Below are positions 10,164-19,431 of a DNA stretch of 64,000 bases, one piece after another. The notes beneath the pieces were generated by a model. The model was not told the DNA's origin, ran no database searches, and worked only from the letters and a program-made list of their open reading frames with translations. This DNA comes from Candidatus Latescibacterota bacterium. Lineage in GTDB: Bacteria > Latescibacterota > UBA2968 > UBA8231. The position numbers were made by a program, and so were the translations under genes. Numbering within the stretch: the stretch's first letter is position 1; the number at the start of each line of letters is the position of its first letter. The stretch lies in contig OZ241867.1 in NCBI GenBank assembly GCA_965203175.1, positions 4,416,001 to 4,480,000 on the forward strand, in the 5' to 3' direction.

Positions 10164-11291
10164 ATGTACTTTAACGGCCAACTCGCCATTGACCCCTCCC
10201 AGGAGACCCTGGTCGAAAAGGTCAAACCCACCAAGGTCTTCGGTCGCATGCTCTACTACCTGACTGCGGGTGGTATGTCCGACCGAGAAGAACAAGAGAC
10301 CTTCACTGCGGTGGCCATCTTGCAACAGCTCAATATGGCCCTGCGCTCTATGGGGGTGACCAATATCGTCCGCCTGACCAAGGACCAGTACGACTTCTAC
10401 TTTGACGAGCAGGGCCTAGAGGACGATCTCAAGGACGCCATGGAACAGTTTCACATGGAGACCGACTACTACGAATCGGAATTGTTCGAGGCCCTCTATC
10501 TGGTCGTCGAGCACGCCGACCAGGAAATGACCTACCTCATTGAAATTGAGATCGACCGGCTCCACCCTCCGGACGTGTATCCCATTACCATCACCGTCAA
10601 CGGCACGGCCAACGACTTTGCCCAACAGCCCGGGGAAAGCGCCGACAGCCTGCGCCAGCGCATGGAGCCCGTCTTTCGAGCTCAGGGCGCGTACGAACAA
10701 TTCCAGCGCCAGAAAGAAGCCCATTTCAGCCACTTTATCAGCCGCCTCAATCAGGCCGTGGCCACTTATATCAAATGCGACGATGTGCGCCAGACCCTCG
10801 ACACCCGCGTCATTCGTCCCCGAGAGCCAGTGGACCGGCCCGAGCAATTGCAGGAGCGGCACACCGGGGCTGATACACCTCCCCTCTTCCACGGCTATCA
10901 CGGCTTTGACGCGTTCTTTCTCTACGCCTGGATGTGGTCGTCCATGTCATTCCACCACAATATCCACTACCACGACGTATCCGTGGTAGACGAACGGGGC
11001 CAGACCGTATTCGATGTCGGGGCCGCGGGTTTCCACGCTGGAGAGAGCAATACCCTTAATCCAGAGGCCGACTTCGAGTCCCCGCCCACCAGCGATGTCG
11101 AGTATTATGCGGACCACAGCTATCAGGACGGCCTTGAGCAGACTGCCTCGGGCCAGGAAGCGGGCGCTGAGTCCGGCGAAAGTTCGTCGTGGCTGGATTT
11201 TGGCGGCGACAGCGGCGACAGTGGCGACAGCGGCGCGTCCTGCAGCTCGTGTAGCAGTTGCAGTAGTTGCAGTTCATGCGGAGGCATCTGA
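10164..11291 (+). CDS. Acidic hypothetical protein with C-terminal (CSS)n-CGG tail
   Basis: GAGGAGG RBS; 375-aa ORF ending DSGDSGDSGASCSSCSSCSSCSSCGGI. Confidence 0.75.
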   Translation: MYFNGQLAIDPSQETLVEKVKPTKVFGRMLYYLTAGGMSDREEQETFTAVAILQQLNMALRSMGVTNIVRLTKDQYDFYFDEQGLEDDLKDAMEQFHMETDYYESELFEALYLVVEHADQEMTYLIEIEIDRLHPPDVYPITITVNGTANDFAQQPGESADSLRQRMEPVFRAQGAYEQFQRQKEAHFSHFISRLNQAVATYIKCDDVRQTLDTRVIRPREPVDRPEQLQERHTGADTPPLFHGYHGFDAFFLYAWMWSSMSFHHNIHYHDVSVVDERGQTVFDVGAAGFHAGESNTLNPEADFESPPTSDVEYYADHSYQDGLEQTASGQEAGAESGESSSWLDFGGDSGDSGDSGASCSSCSSCSSCSSCGGI

Positions 11292-11305
11292 GGAGGGCTA
11301 GGCAG

Positions 11306-12349
11306 ATGTTCAACGCCCGTTCCACCCTTCGAGGCTCGACGCGGGTCGGCCGTGGCTACCGCGCCTGTGGCGCTGGTGCGGCCCGGGGCTACCCCCTCGG
11401 TGGTGGCCCCGGCTACGCCGAGATCGTCAAGCTCTCTGGCTCGCCGGTGCGCCACCTCGACGAGTTGATCGAGGCCCTGGCCGGAGCCCGCGCTGGCGAC
11501 ACCGTGTACGTCGCCGGTGACGCCGTCATCGAGTGCACGGAACGGGTCTACGTCGAGGAACTGGTCCTTGAGCTGCCCGGCGGTGTGACCCTGGCCAGTG
11601 ATCGCGGCGTCAAGGAGGCTCCCGGCGGGTTGATCCGCTCCGACACCTTCGCCACGAACCCTCTCATCCGGGTCACGGGCCCGGCTGCGCGTCTCACCGG
11701 CATCCGCCTGCAGGGACCGAACCCCCGCCAGTGCCTAGAGCACCACTCCCGTTCCTTCCGCGAAGGCCACGGCGGACACCGCTACTACTACCGATTTCCC
11801 ACATCAGCCGGCATCGAGGCGAGACACCCGCGGCTGCGCGTCGACAACTGCGAGTTGGCCGGCTGGAGTCTGGGTGCCGTGCACTTGGTGAACGGCGACG
11901 GGCACCTCGTGCAGTACTGCTTCATCCATCACAACCAGTACCAGGGACTCGGGTACGGCGTCTGCCTCGACGAGGCCGAAACGCTGATCGAGGGCAACCT
12001 GTTCAACGCCAACCGCCACTCCATTGCTGGCTCCGGGCGCAGCGGCTCGGGGTACGAGGCGCGTAACAACGTCGAGATGGGACGCAGCCTGAGCCACTGC
12101 TTCGACATGCACGGCGGCCGCGACCGCAAGGATGGCACGGATGTAGCAGGCGGTTGGATGCACGTGCACCACAACACCTTCCGCGTCCCCGGCCAACGCG
12201 CCGTGGTCATCCGCGGCACGCCCGAGGATCAAGCTGTGATCGAGCACAATTGGTTCCACCACCGAACCGAACGCGGTGCCATCGGCTGTGAGGAGCGCGT
12301 CACAGTGCGCGACAACGCCTGGGGCCGGACGGACCCAGTGCTGCGCTGA
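11306..12349 (+). CDS. Right-handed parallel beta-helix (pectin lyase-like) protein
   Basis: Repeated VDNCEL, FIHHNQ, IEGNLF, VHHNTF, IEHNWF strands; AGGAGG RBS. Confidence 0.7.
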   Translation: MFNARSTLRGSTRVGRGYRACGAGAARGYPLGGGPGYAEIVKLSGSPVRHLDELIEALAGARAGDTVYVAGDAVIECTERVYVEELVLELPGGVTLASDRGVKEAPGGLIRSDTFATNPLIRVTGPAARLTGIRLQGPNPRQCLEHHSRSFREGHGGHRYYYRFPTSAGIEARHPRLRVDNCELAGWSLGAVHLVNGDGHLVQYCFIHHNQYQGLGYGVCLDEAETLIEGNLFNANRHSIAGSGRSGSGYEARNNVEMGRSLSHCFDMHGGRDRKDGTDVAGGWMHVHHNTFRVPGQRAVVIRGTPEDQAVIEHNWFHHRTERGAIGCEERVTVRDNAWGRTDPVLR

Positions 12350-12377
12350 TCCATCCTGCTACTCGAACACGTGCAGC

Positions 12378-13571
12378 TCACAGACGGTCTTCCCTTTTCA
12401 GAGTCTCGGGCACCCCCAACCACAAAGTGAGGGCCGCGGCTAGGCCAATGCCCGCGGCTGCCAATGGAGTTTCGGTCAGGCCGAACCAATCGGCAATATG
12501 GCCCATGGCCAGGGGGCTGCCCGCCCCGCCCAGATCGCCGACAAAGCGCCACAGCCCCAAAAACACCCCCCGCCCGTCGTCCGGGGCCAGATCCGCGCCC
12601 AGAGTCATCATGGTCCCCGACCCTATGCCGTTGCCCAGGCCCACTACCCCTAGGGCTAGGAGCAGGCCCCCAAAATCCTGCGCTAGGGGAATGGCGGCCA
12701 TGCCCATACTCTGGACGAAAAAACTGGGCACCGAGGCGTACTTGCGTCCCCAGTGGTCCATGATCATGCCCGCCGGATAGAACATGAGCATGTCCACGGC
12801 CGCGGCAATCGATATAATCACTCCCACCTCCTCGACCCCCAAACCTAGGACATCGGCAGCGTAGAGTGGCGCGATGACCATGCGGGCTGTGCGCACCATT
12901 TGGGCGCACAACTGGGCCGAGCCGGCATTGAGCAGGATGCGGTAGTGGCCACGCACAACATCGCCGACCCGTCCTCTGGACCGGTGGCTTGCTGCCGGGG
13001 AGGCCCCGAGGTCCTCCACCCAGAGCAAGACCGCCAGCAAAGCCACCACCGCCAATATTCCGTATAGCAGGAAGGCGGCCCGAAAGCCGTACGTCCCGGC
13101 CGCCAGGCCGCCGAGCAGCGGTCCGGCAAAGTAGCCGATGCGTCCTATGCCCCCGAACACGGCAATGGCCCGTCCCCGGAGTGCCGGCCGAATGGCCCCG
13201 GCCAGGTACGTATGGCGCGAAATATTCCACAGGGCCGTACCGATCCCCGATACCAGGCGGCAGGCACTCACTTGCCACAGATCAGCGGCCACCAGCAGGC
13301 CGAAAATCCCCACCAGAACGCAGCCCACCCCCAACAGCATGGCGCGCTTTTCGCCCACCCGCCGCACCACCACTCCCGCGGGCACATCGCCGAGCAAAGT
13401 GCCGATTCCGTCCGCGGCCAGGACCACGCCCACCAGACTGTACGATACCTCGAAAGAGCGGGCGAACAAAGGCAGGACGGGCAATAGCAGGCCCCGGCAG
13501 ACCGACAGGATCAGGGCCGGAGCGTACACCGACAAAAATAAGTTTACTACCACCTGTTTCTGCTTCGACAC
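12378..13571 (-). CDS. MFS transporter
   Basis: About 12 TM segments, PAG..MDHWGRK motif A in the second half. Confidence 0.85.
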   Translation of the reverse strand: MSKQKQVVVNLFLSVYAPALILSVCRGLLLPVLPLFARSFEVSYSLVGVVLAADGIGTLLGDVPAGVVVRRVGEKRAMLLGVGCVLVGIFGLLVAADLWQVSACRLVSGIGTALWNISRHTYLAGAIRPALRGRAIAVFGGIGRIGYFAGPLLGGLAAGTYGFRAAFLLYGILAVVALLAVLLWVEDLGASPAASHRSRGRVGDVVRGHYRILLNAGSAQLCAQMVRTARMVIAPLYAADVLGLGVEEVGVIISIAAAVDMLMFYPAGMIMDHWGRKYASVPSFFVQSMGMAAIPLAQDFGGLLLALGVVGLGNGIGSGTMMTLGADLAPDDGRGVFLGLWRFVGDLGGAGSPLAMGHIADWFGLTETPLAAAGIGLAAALTLWLGVPETLKREDRL

Positions 13572-13636
13572 TTTGTCAATCCTCTTACCAAATGGCCTTT
13601 AGACCGCAAATCCCAAGACTTGAGTTTTGGGGTATA

Positions 13637-13819
13637 GCAGAAGAAGCTGGTAGGATCCTGGTCGCCGTCAACCTAGCCTATACCTCACAAGATTGCTCCC
13701 AGTGTGGACATCGACGTCGAAAAACGCTGCCGCAACGAATACATCATGGTCCTTAGTACTACAATCTCAGCCAGAATACCGGCAAGAAGCCCAACGTCTG
13801 TAGGGTGGGGAGTAGTCAC
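13637..13819 (+). mobile_element. tnpB: IS200/IS605-family remnant: tnpB 3' fragment plus right end
   Basis: Translates AEEAGRILVAVNLAYTSQDCSQCGH (TnpB zinc-ribbon region), then a stop; GAAGCCCAACGTCTGTAGGGTGGGGAGTAGTCAC resembles a degenerate IS605 right-end hairpin ending in TCAC. Confidence 0.75.
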
Positions 13820-13892
13820 GACAAGCTGACCATAGACTTTAGCTACTGCTGAATTGATGCTGGGAGGGACGGCGGTTATATTGCGCGAGGGT
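13820..13892 (+). repeat. Copy 1 of ~72-bp direct repeat containing a sigma70-like promoter
   Basis: GACAAGCTGACCATAGACTTTAGCT...TTGATG-17-TATATT; near-identical to 17370-17440. Confidence 0.8.
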
Positions 13893-13954
13893 AGTGACAC
13901 AATTGGCTGGCTTAGGGGTTAAAAGACTGAGCGACGGAGCTGTTCTAAACCTTT

Positions 13955-16357
13955 ATGTTATACAGAGTTCGCCAATACTTTCTGCTAGCCCTCATCGGCC
14001 TCGCCGGTAGCGTCTGGGCGCAAACTGATCCACTGCATACGCTCAGCGGCTATGTCGAAGATGCCGCCAGCGGCGAGAAGCTGATCGGTGCTGTCTTGTA
14101 CGAACCTACTCGGCAGAAGGGAGCCACGACCAACCGCTATGGCTTTTTCAGCCTGACCCTGCCGGAGGGGACGCTGCAGGTGGTCGTCTTCCACATCGGC
14201 TATCAGAGCGACACCCTCGCAACTCAGCTCGACCAAGACCTGCAGCTAACCATCGCCCTCCAGCCTACCCCCTTAGAAATGGGCACCGTACAAGTGGAGG
14301 CCGAGCGGCTCGATCCGATCCAAGAACAAAGCCAGATGAGCGTGGTGCAGGTGCCGATCCGGCAGATCAAAAATGCGCCCGTCCTCATGGGCGAAGTCGA
14401 TGTCCTCAAGACGCTGCAACTTTTGCCTGGGGTCCAGTCCGGGGCCGAGGGCATGAGCGGCCTGTACGTGCGCGGCGGCAGCCCAGATCAGAACCTGCTC
14501 CTGCTCGACGGTGCCCCGGTTTACAATGCCTCGCATCTGTTCGGATTCTTCTCGGTCTTCAATGCCAATGCCATCAAGAACGTGCAACTGACCAAAGCCG
14601 GATTTCCGGCGCGCTACGGCGGTCGCCTCTCGTCGGTGCTGGAAGTCGATATGAAAGACGGCAATATGAAGACCTTTGAAGGCGAAGGCTCCGTCGGCTT
14701 GATCGCTTCCCAGCTAACCTTGCAAGGGCCGCTGCGCAAAGACCGGACCTCGTTTATTGTCTCGGCCCGACGCACCTACATCGACCTGCTGATCCGCCCC
14801 TTCCTCCCCAGCGACGAAAAAGGTGGCTACTACTTCTACGACCTCAATGCCAAACTCAACCACATCTTCTCGCCCGACAGCCGGGTCTTCCTGAGCCTGT
14901 ACAGCGGAGACGACCGCTTTTGGAGCGATATAGAAGACGAGTACACTGGGGTCAACTACCGAGAGAAAGACGCCATCGCGGCGAATTTTGGCTGGGGAAA
15001 TATCACCTCCACCCTGCGCTGGAACTACTTGTTCAGCAGCCAACTCTTCGGCAACCTGACCGCGATCTACAGCCGCTACCAACTCTCCACCGCTGTTGAC
15101 AACCGTTCCACTAAAACTCTGAACGGAAACCGGGAGACCGAGACCTTGCGGCTGCGCTATCGGTCGGGGATCCGGGACTGGGGCGTAAAGCTGGACTTCG
15201 ACTACATTCCCAACCCAGCTCACTACATCCGCTTTGGAGGCAGCGGCACCTTGCACACCTACAGCCCCGGAGCAGCACAGATCAAAAGCAATCCGGCCGA
15301 TGGAGCCCCCGAGGATACCACCCTTGCAGCCCAGATCACCGATGGGCTAGAGTACAGCCTGTACGGCGAGGACGATGTTCATCTTACCGACCGCCTGAAG
15401 GCCAATGTGGGCCTGCACACCTCTGGCTTCCTCGTCAACGACCAGTTTTACACCTCCTTGCAGCCTCGGATTTCAATGCGCTACCTGCTACCATCAGACT
15501 GGGCAGTGAAAGCCTCTTATGCCCTGATGCGCCAGTACATTCACCTGCTCTCCAATAGCACCGTCGGCTTGCCAACTGACCTGTGGCTGCCGGCCACCGA
15601 GCGGGTGCGCCCCCAGCAGTCGCGGCAGTTCGGCGTGGGACTGGCGCGTCAGCTCAAAGATCAGTACGAGTTTAGTCTGGAGGGGTACTACAAGACCATG
15701 ACCAACCTAATCGAGTATCGGGAAGGTGCCAGTTTTCTGGTTGGCTTTGGCGAGAGCGAAGACTGGCAGGACAAGGTGGAGATAGGGCGCGGGTGGTCGT
15801 ATGGTGCCGAGCTGTTCGTACAGAAAAAGCGCGGGCGCACCACCGGCTGGATCGGCTATACTCTGTCTTGGACCAAGCGGCGTTTCGAGGGGCTGAATCA
15901 GGGGCGCACCTTCCCCTATCGCTACGACCGCCGGCACGATGCCGCGTTGGTCCTGACCCGTCAACTGACGCGCTCAACCAGCTTTTCCCTGACTTGGGTG
16001 TACGGCACCGGCAATGCCGCAACCCTTCCCGTCGCCCGCTATTACAACGACGACGCGGTCAGGGGTGGCACACCTCGCCCGTACTACCTGCCTTATGAAA
16101 CCGTGGTCTATGGCGATCGCAACGGCTATCGCATGTCCGCCTTTCATCACCTCGACTTCAGCTTCAACTTCGGCCAGGCCGAAAGCGCAGGGCACGGATT
16201 CAGCTTCGGGGTTTACAACGCCTATAATCGCAAGAATCCCTTTTTTATCTACTTTGACGACCATTACGACAGCGCCGCCAACGCCAGAAAATTCCGCGCT
16301 AAGCAGGTGAGCCTTTTCCCTTTTCTCCCTTGGATCAACTACCGGTTCAAGTTTTGA
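13955..16357 (+). CDS. TonB-dependent receptor with N-terminal carboxypeptidase-regulatory-like domain (Bacteroidetes type)
   Basis: Signal peptide, SGYVEDAASGEKLIGA, LYVRGGSPDQNLLLLDG plug, YGGRLSSV, terminal aromatic residue (YRFKF). Confidence 0.92.
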   Translation: MLYRVRQYFLLALIGLAGSVWAQTDPLHTLSGYVEDAASGEKLIGAVLYEPTRQKGATTNRYGFFSLTLPEGTLQVVVFHIGYQSDTLATQLDQDLQLTIALQPTPLEMGTVQVEAERLDPIQEQSQMSVVQVPIRQIKNAPVLMGEVDVLKTLQLLPGVQSGAEGMSGLYVRGGSPDQNLLLLDGAPVYNASHLFGFFSVFNANAIKNVQLTKAGFPARYGGRLSSVLEVDMKDGNMKTFEGEGSVGLIASQLTLQGPLRKDRTSFIVSARRTYIDLLIRPFLPSDEKGGYYFYDLNAKLNHIFSPDSRVFLSLYSGDDRFWSDIEDEYTGVNYREKDAIAANFGWGNITSTLRWNYLFSSQLFGNLTAIYSRYQLSTAVDNRSTKTLNGNRETETLRLRYRSGIRDWGVKLDFDYIPNPAHYIRFGGSGTLHTYSPGAAQIKSNPADGAPEDTTLAAQITDGLEYSLYGEDDVHLTDRLKANVGLHTSGFLVNDQFYTSLQPRISMRYLLPSDWAVKASYALMRQYIHLLSNSTVGLPTDLWLPATERVRPQQSRQFGVGLARQLKDQYEFSLEGYYKTMTNLIEYREGASFLVGFGESEDWQDKVEIGRGWSYGAELFVQKKRGRTTGWIGYTLSWTKRRFEGLNQGRTFPYRYDRRHDAALVLTRQLTRSTSFSLTWVYGTGNAATLPVARYYNDDAVRGGTPRPYYLPYETVVYGDRNGYRMSAFHHLDFSFNFGQAESAGHGFSFGVYNAYNRKNPFFIYFDDHYDSAANARKFRAKQVSLFPFLPWINYRFKF

Positions 16358-16374
16358 AAATCACGGCTCTCGAT

Positions 16375-17328
16375 ATGAAATCCGTCCTCCGCTGCCTTCC
16401 TCTTCTCATCGTCCTGTCCTCCTGCGAACAGGTCATTGAGCCCGACCTGCCGGAGCACAGCCCTCGGCTGGTGCTGCACGCCTTCTTCACCGCCGACGGC
16501 ATCTGGACCGCCTATGTGGGGCGCTCTGCGGGGATTCTCGAGTCCCGGCCCCTCCATGAAAGGTCGGTGGCGGATGCCTCGGTGGAGCTGCTGGCGGGAG
16601 ACCGGGTCATTGAGGAGATGAAGTTCCTCGATGCAGCAAGGGGGTACGTGTTTGAAGACAGCACCTTGGAAGCAGGCGAAACCTACTCCTTGCAGGTGTC
16701 GGCCCCCGAGTTCGCAATGATTAAGGCAACCGACGCCATACCCAAGCCCGTGCCGACCTCCATTCTGTCCTACCGCACTAATACGTCCGCCCGCTCTGAG
16801 TCGGAGATCCGCGGCGAATTCTCGATCAAGCTGGAAATTCAAGACCCTCCCGGCGAGGCCAACTACTACCAGATCAGCATGTACCAGGTTTTCACAGGGA
16901 GAGGGGCATCGAGGTACGAAGGAATCTTATCGACAAAGGACCCTTCGATCATGGCGGACAACAGCGTTGACGAGTCTCCGTTGGAAGAGCAATCGTTCTC
17001 AGGTGAAGCGCCCTATTTCAAGGACACCCTTTTCGACGGCCGCACCCACGAGATCGAGCTGACTTACGACGGCGTATTGATACTCCGCGAGGATATTGCT
17101 CAGGAGGAGGTCGCCGAAGACGGCCAAGAGCCTGCCGAGTACAAAACCTACCTCCAGGTTTTGTACATCAGCGCGGCGTACTACGAGTATCTCAAGACCG
17201 CCCGACTCCACGACTACACCCGGGAAAATCCTTTTGCCGAGCCGTTGAGCGTCTATAGCAACGTTGAGAACGGCTACGGCATCTTCGCTGGGTACAGCTC
17301 GCAGACCTTTGAACTCGTGCTCGAATGA
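16375..17328 (+). CDS. DUF4249-family lipoprotein
   Basis: Lipobox LSSC, DPPGEANYY, PFAEP..VYSNVENGYGIFAG; typical partner of this TBDR class. Confidence 0.8.
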   Translation: MKSVLRCLPLLIVLSSCEQVIEPDLPEHSPRLVLHAFFTADGIWTAYVGRSAGILESRPLHERSVADASVELLAGDRVIEEMKFLDAARGYVFEDSTLEAGETYSLQVSAPEFAMIKATDAIPKPVPTSILSYRTNTSARSESEIRGEFSIKLEIQDPPGEANYYQISMYQVFTGRGASRYEGILSTKDPSIMADNSVDESPLEEQSFSGEAPYFKDTLFDGRTHEIELTYDGVLILREDIAQEEVAEDGQEPAEYKTYLQVLYISAAYYEYLKTARLHDYTRENPFAEPLSVYSNVENGYGIFAGYSSQTFELVLE

Positions 17329-17369
17329 GCGCGAGGGCAGAGCCGCTGCGGTTGGTCCCTGTATCCGCT

Positions 17370-17440
17370 GACAAGCGACCATAGACTTTAGCTGCCACTG
17401 AATTGACGCTAGGAGGGACGGCGGCTATATTGCGCGGGGT
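17370..17440 (+). promoter_or_regulatory. Copy 2 of direct repeat; sigma70 promoter for the sugar operon
   Basis: TTGACG (17403)-17 bp-TATATT (17426), then AGGAG RBS and ATG at 17463. Confidence 0.7.
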
Positions 17441-17462
17441 TCAGCAAGACACAGGAGACCAC

Positions 17463-18227
17463 ATGCCTACTTCAGCAATTGGCGCGCAACTGTTCACGGT
17501 GCGCGATTATACCAAAACCCCGGATGACATTCGCCAGACCTTCGCTAGGGTGCGAACACTCGGCTACGAGGCCGTGCAAGCCTCGGCCCTCGGGGCGATC
17601 TCGCCGGCCGAACTGGCCGCGATAAGCGAGGCCGAGGGGATACAGATCGCGGCCACGCACACCAACTATCAGCGCATCTGCGACGAGCCGCAGGCCGTCG
17701 TCGAGGAGCACCAGATGTGGGGGTGCCGCCACGTGGCCATCGGTGGCTTGCCCCAGGAATATCGCAACCGCGAGGGCTTTGCCCGCTTTGCAGCAGAGGC
17801 TTCGGCGGCGGCGCGTCCGCTCATCGACGCGGGCCTGACCTTTAGCTACCACAACCACAGCTTTGAGTTGGAGCGCTTTGAGGGGCGCACGGGGTTGGAC
17901 ATCCTCCGCGAGGAGAGCGACCCCGCCGTCTTTTCCTTTGAAATAGACACCTATTGGATCCAACACGGCGGCGGCAACCCGGTCTCGTGGTTGGACAAGT
18001 TCCGCGACCGCATGCACATCGTCCATCTAAAAGACCTGAGCATGGACGGCGCTAAGCAATGCTTCGCCGAAGTAGGGGAGGGCAACTTGGAATGGGAGCC
18101 TATTCTCGCGGCCTGTAAAAGAGCACAGATCGAATGGTACTTGGTCGAACAAGACACCTGCCCGGGCGACCCCTTTGACAGCTTGGGGCTGAGCCTGCGC
18201 AACCTGCGGGCCATGGGCTTGGACTAG
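17463..18227 (+). CDS. Sugar phosphate isomerase/epimerase (xylose-isomerase-like TIM barrel)
   Basis: QLFTVR, YHNHSFE, EIDTYW, HLKD, VGEG, VEQD. Confidence 0.88.
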   Translation: MPTSAIGAQLFTVRDYTKTPDDIRQTFARVRTLGYEAVQASALGAISPAELAAISEAEGIQIAATHTNYQRICDEPQAVVEEHQMWGCRHVAIGGLPQEYRNREGFARFAAEASAAARPLIDAGLTFSYHNHSFELERFEGRTGLDILREESDPAVFSFEIDTYWIQHGGGNPVSWLDKFRDRMHIVHLKDLSMDGAKQCFAEVGEGNLEWEPILAACKRAQIEWYLVEQDTCPGDPFDSLGLSLRNLRAMGLD

Positions 18228-18237
18228 GAGGAAAATC

Positions 18238-19419
18238 ATGCAGGAAATTTTCGTCCCGTGGGCCGCTTGGTACGGCAAGGCCCCGTTCAAAATGGAATTT
18301 CCCGATCACTGGGAAGTGGCAGTTCACCACATGCGCGGCGGGCCGGACATTGGCGACGCTGGCATTCGCCAGGCATTGCAAGAGACTATCGGCGCTCCGC
18401 CGCTGCGCGAATTCGCCCGCGGCCGGTCTTCGGCGGCTATCTTGATCGACGACCTCTCGCGCCCGACGCCGGCTTTTCGGCTCTTGCCCTATGTACTCGA
18501 GGAGCTAGCTGCGGCCGGGATTGGAGCCGACGACGTAAAGATCATCTGCGCGCTGGCGGCCCATCGCCCGATGACCCGCGACGACTTGGTCAAGAAGGTC
18601 GGGTTGGACATCGTCGATACCATGCAGGTGCTCAACCACAATGCCTACGAGAACTTGGAATTTATCGGCTACTCCAGTCGCGGGATACCGATTTGGGTCA
18701 ACCGCGATATGACCTCCTGCGAGGTGCGCATCGCCTTGGGGATGATCACGCCGCGCGGGGGGATGTTTGGCGGCGGAGCCAAATTGCTCATCCCCGGTGC
18801 TTGTGGACAGCAGACGATCCTGCTCAACCACCGCCACGTACACGAAAATTTTCGCGCACACCTGTCCGAGGTGGCGAAGATGGCTGGGGTCACGTATATC
18901 GTCAATCCGCTGCTCAACGAGAACTTGGAGATCTCGGGGTTAGTCGCTGGGGACACAGACGCGGCCTTTGCGCGGGGCTGTGAGTTGGGGCGGGAACAGT
19001 ACGCTACCCAAGTGCCGGACGCCTTCGACATCGGGGTGTTCAGCGCCTTCCCCAAGGATACGGAACTGTGCCAAGCTGGGTTGGCCATGACGCCGTTGAG
19101 CGGCACTAAGAAAAATCCTTTCAACGAAAACTCGACCACTGTCATGTGCTCGGCTAGCCCGGAGGGGCTGGGTTGGCACTCGGTATTGGGTCCGGGTACC
19201 GCGCTGCGGGGCAAGCCCAGCCCGCCCGCCCGGCGCACCATTTTATTTTCGCCTGGAATCAACAAGTGGGATGCAGCCTCGCTCTTTGGCAAGGGGGTTA
19301 TTTTTTGCAAAACCTGGGAGGCCGTATTGAGCGAGTTAGAAAAATACCACGGAACTGACGCAAAAGTGTCGGTCTTTCCGGCTGGCGCGCTGCAACGGGC
19401 AGCCGACGCCGAGTATTAA
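18238..19419 (+). CDS. LarA (lactate racemase)-domain protein
   Basis: IDDLSRPTP, AAHRPMT, GGGAKLLIPG, NH motifs. Confidence 0.8.
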   Translation: MQEIFVPWAAWYGKAPFKMEFPDHWEVAVHHMRGGPDIGDAGIRQALQETIGAPPLREFARGRSSAAILIDDLSRPTPAFRLLPYVLEELAAAGIGADDVKIICALAAHRPMTRDDLVKKVGLDIVDTMQVLNHNAYENLEFIGYSSRGIPIWVNRDMTSCEVRIALGMITPRGGMFGGGAKLLIPGACGQQTILLNHRHVHENFRAHLSEVAKMAGVTYIVNPLLNENLEISGLVAGDTDAAFARGCELGREQYATQVPDAFDIGVFSAFPKDTELCQAGLAMTPLSGTKKNPFNENSTTVMCSASPEGLGWHSVLGPGTALRGKPSPPARRTILFSPGINKWDAASLFGKGVIFCKTWEAVLSELEKYHGTDAKVSVFPAGALQRAADAEY

Positions 19420-19431
19420 AGAGGAAAAAAA

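Noticed and set aside
12989-13636. 255-aa ORF as a full TnpB
   Set aside because: Only the last ~40 aa resemble TnpB. The rest is the antisense shadow of the MFS gene.
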